49,856 bases of DNA from a virus (taxonomy: Duplodnaviria; Heunggongvirae; Uroviricota; Caudoviricetes): the IMG/VR virus record IMGVR_UViG_3300029003_000089; one strand, given 5' to 3'. Shown in pieces: positions 47,623-49,856 of this stretch; the first letter of the stretch is position 1, and each line of letters begins with the position of its first letter. The position numbers were made by a program, and so were the translations under genes. The notes under the pieces were generated by a model. The model was not told the DNA's origin. It saw only the letters and a program-made list of their open reading frames with translations, and did no database searches.

Positions 47623-48730
47623 GAATAATGTTTCAGTCCCGAACTTGTATCCGCTCTATAGCAGAAAAGTAAATAAAGTTTATTGGCGATATAAGCATCC
47701 AGTGACCGGGAAGTTTCATTCTTTGGGCACAAACGAAGCTGAAGCCATTGCTATTGCCACTGAGGCCAATACACGCCTAGCTGAGCAAAGAACCCGGCAG
47801 ATTCTAGCTATCAGTGACAGGATCGCAACCAGCAAAGGAAAAGCAATCACAACGTCAACCTGGTTAGATCGCTATCAAGCAATCCAGGAAGACAGACTGA
47901 AAAGTGGCGATATAAAGCTCAACACCTATAAACAGAAAGCCAAACCAGTATCCTTGCTCAGGGAACGAGCAGGACTGAAGTTAATTTCAGCCGTTGATGT
48001 CAGGGATATAGCCCAGTTGCTTGACGAGTATATCGCCGCCGGACAGCCGAGAATGGCGCAAGTAGTTCGTTCCGTACTGATTGATGTTTTCAAAGAGGCG
48101 CAACACTACGGAGAAGTCCCCCCTGGCTATAACCCGGCATTAGCCACCAAACAGCCCAGAAGAAAAATTACCCGACAACGGTTAAGTCTTGAAGAGTGGC
48201 AAAAAATCTTTGATATCGCTGATGCCAGTCATCGTTATATGGGGAATGCCATGCTGTTAGCACTGGTTACCGGCCAGAGGTTAGGTGATATCTCGCGTAT
48301 GAAATTTAGCGATATTTGGGATGATCATCTCCATGTCATCCAGGAAAAAACCGGGAGCAAAATCGCCATCCCGCTTTCCCTGCGTCTCAATGCGATTAAC
48401 TGGAGTTTGCGCGATGTAGTAGCCCGCTGCCGTGACTATGCTGTCAGCCCATACCTTGTACATTTTTTTCGTACTACCTCACAGGCTGAACGCGGCGCGC
48501 AGGTTAAAGCCAATACATTGACGATGAATTTCAGTAAAGCGAGGGATTTAGCAGGAATTAACTGGGGTGAAGGTTCTCCCGCAACATTTCATGAACAAAG
48601 GTCTTTATCAGAACGTTTGTATAAAGAACAGGGTTTAAATACACAAAAACTACTTGGTCATAAAACGCAACAGCAAACCGATCGTTATCATGATGATCGA
48701 GGTAAAGGATGGAGTAAAGTAGCGTTGTAA
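47603..48730 (+). CDS. intE: Tyrosine integrase IntE (e14-type, icd-targeting)
   Basis: 375 aa; matches remembered e14 IntE in length and sequence blocks; overlaps xis. Confidence 0.9.
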   Translation: MAARPRKNNVSVPNLYPLYSRKVNKVYWRYKHPVTGKFHSLGTNEAEAIAIATEANTRLAEQRTRQILAISDRIATSKGKAITTSTWLDRYQAIQEDRLKSGDIKLNTYKQKAKPVSLLRERAGLKLISAVDVRDIAQLLDEYIAAGQPRMAQVVRSVLIDVFKEAQHYGEVPPGYNPALATKQPRRKITRQRLSLEEWQKIFDIADASHRYMGNAMLLALVTGQRLGDISRMKFSDIWDDHLHVIQEKTGSKIAIPLSLRLNAINWSLRDVVARCRDYAVSPYLVHFFRTTSQAERGAQVKANTLTMNFSKARDLAGINWGEGSPATFHEQRSLSERLYKEQGLNTQKLLGHKTQQQTDRYHDDRGKGWSKVAL

Positions 48731-48909
48731 AGCATTAAGTGCCTTAACGCCACCTTGAATTTCGAACTACACTTGAAAAAGAACCAAACAGTCCACTTTG
48801 AGCAAAAAGCAGAAGTTCGCAGTTAATCTCGAAACCTAATAGTTACATTACTAATATTGTGACGTGTTAATCAATGGAGAGCAGATCAGTTATTGAGCTT
48901 AATTTCAAT

Positions 48910-48944
48910 AGATACCAAGCTCTTATGCATAGAGCTTGGTATCT
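48910..48944. terminator. Perfect 14-bp hairpin between convergent intE and HNH-motif gene
   Basis: agataccaagctct tatgcat agagcttggtatct followed by atttaataaaa. Confidence 0.6.
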
Positions 48945-48998
48945 ATTTAATAAAATGGAACTACGAAATTAGAACAAAAATAAAAAATTCAAGCATTA

Positions 48999-49856
48999 CT
49001 ACAAGTCTGACATAAGAGCCAAACACATAACCCGTTCCCAATGATTCACAAAAGGCGATTTATTAATTATTGTTTGAAATATAAGGTGTTTAGCAGCATT
49101 TTTATCTCTGGATAGTGGTAGCACTGAGTTATATAGAGCTAAAAGTACAACTAATCTCGCACTAGCCTCTTTCGAATATCTTAAAGACAAATCAAAATCG
49201 TTAAAATGTTTTTCCACTCTTTGTTTATGTGCTTCATCCCAATCAGCCGGTGGAGAAACAAAATACTCAATAACTCCTGGCTCATCATTTTTGCCAGCCA
49301 AGTATCTAGCCGATATCCACTGTTCATCATAATAACGGCTATCGTCTAAATAGGGATGTATGATCTGTTCTGCTTCATTTCTTGCAAAAACTTCCCCTTT
49401 GCCATCCATATTACAGTCTCGACAAGCAGGCACCAGATTAACTGGCAATATAGAAAACTGAGGATAGTAAGCTTTAGGCAAATAATGATCTAAATTTCGA
49501 GGGCGCCCAATTCCACCACAATATGGACATTTTTCATTAGCAGCAGTAATCAGGGAATCATAAATAGCTCGAGCAGGCTTTTTCTTCCCAACAACATAAT
49601 TGCCATAAAGCTTAACAAAGTCAGATTTCTTTAACCGACCGACAACAATAGGGTCTTCCTTATCTTTGTTTTTCAATGGTTGTATTGTATAAAGCTCACC
49701 AGTTGATGCCGATGCGCTATATGAAGCTGCCAGTGTTTGCAAATCAGTTATTGCTTCATTTACTTTCAGCAACAAGCCCGGATTACCGGTTATGCCTTCG
49801 CGGCAACTAGTCAGCATATCGGCATATGTGTAAGCAGGTTGTTTAAGTTTCAACAT
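48999..49856 (-). CDS. HNH-motif protein at int-proximal prophage end (possible defence nuclease); ATG on last three bases of window
   Basis: 285 aa; CPYCGG...NLDHYLPKAYYP...NLVPACRDCN HNH-like motif; AT-rich; occupies the position held by lit in K-12 e14. Confidence 0.5.
   Translation of the reverse strand: MLKLKQPAYTYADMLTSCREGITGNPGLLLKVNEAITDLQTLAASYSASASTGELYTIQPLKNKDKEDPIVVGRLKKSDFVKLYGNYVVGKKKPARAIYDSLITAANEKCPYCGGIGRPRNLDHYLPKAYYPQFSILPVNLVPACRDCNMDGKGEVFARNEAEQIIHPYLDDSRYYDEQWISARYLAGKNDEPGVIEYFVSPPADWDEAHKQRVEKHFNDFDLSLRYSKEASARLVVLLALYNSVLPLSRDKNAAKHLIFQTIINKSPFVNHWERVMCLALMSDL

Larger units (their letters stand above)
11661..49856. mobile_element. Prophage B: apparently complete e14-like prophage (mcrA/pin end to xis/intE end), continuing beyond window
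   Basis: Full complement of tail, head, packaging, lysis, regulation, replication, immunity and integration genes in canonical order. Confidence 0.75.

Noticed and set aside
48731-49856. lit (T4-exclusion metalloprotease) expected next to intE as in K-12 e14
   Set aside because: The protein encoded at 48999-49856 has no HExxH metalloprotease motif and instead has an HNH-like Cys/His/Asn motif; lit is not present in the window.

Overview
This window is almost entirely prophage DNA from an Escherichia-type chromosome: two tandem, heteroimmune lambdoid prophages that both carry e14-type xis/int modules and sit at the icd locus (a displaced icd 3' fragment lies between them at 11501-11660). Prophage A (about 1.4-11.6 kb) shows only an early region: lambda-like P and O (with ori iterons inside O), a YdaT-like gene, cro-like and cI-like repressor genes, a two-gene cassette directly downstream of cI, the gam-bet-exo Red module, several small ORFs, xis and int. 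Its P gene is followed directly by a partial inverse-autotransporter (intimin/invasin-like) gene instead of nin/Q/late genes. Prophage B (11.7 kb to the window end) looks like a complete e14-like phage: mcrA, pin and a Pin-invertible tail-fibre segment, a Mu-like contractile tail and baseplate, an HK97-like head module, terminase plus HNH, a lysis cassette (holin, lambda R-like endolysin, Rz/Rz1), a Q antiterminator, replication and regulatory genes, a cro/cI immunity region, yfdP/Q/R-like genes and xis/intE. The strongest candidate for an undescribed system is an AT-rich, opposite-strand two-gene cassette between Q and the holin (35308-37510) encoding an NdpA/YejK-like nucleoid-associated-protein homolog and a protein with two C-terminal transmembrane helices. 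Other candidates are the cI-adjacent cassette (5054-5772), an HNH-motif gene at the int-proximal edge (48999-49856), and a GC-rich structured non-coding region downstream of the prophage B repressor. All protein identifications come from reading the supplied translations against remembered families; no database search was run, and identity levels are impressions, not measurements.
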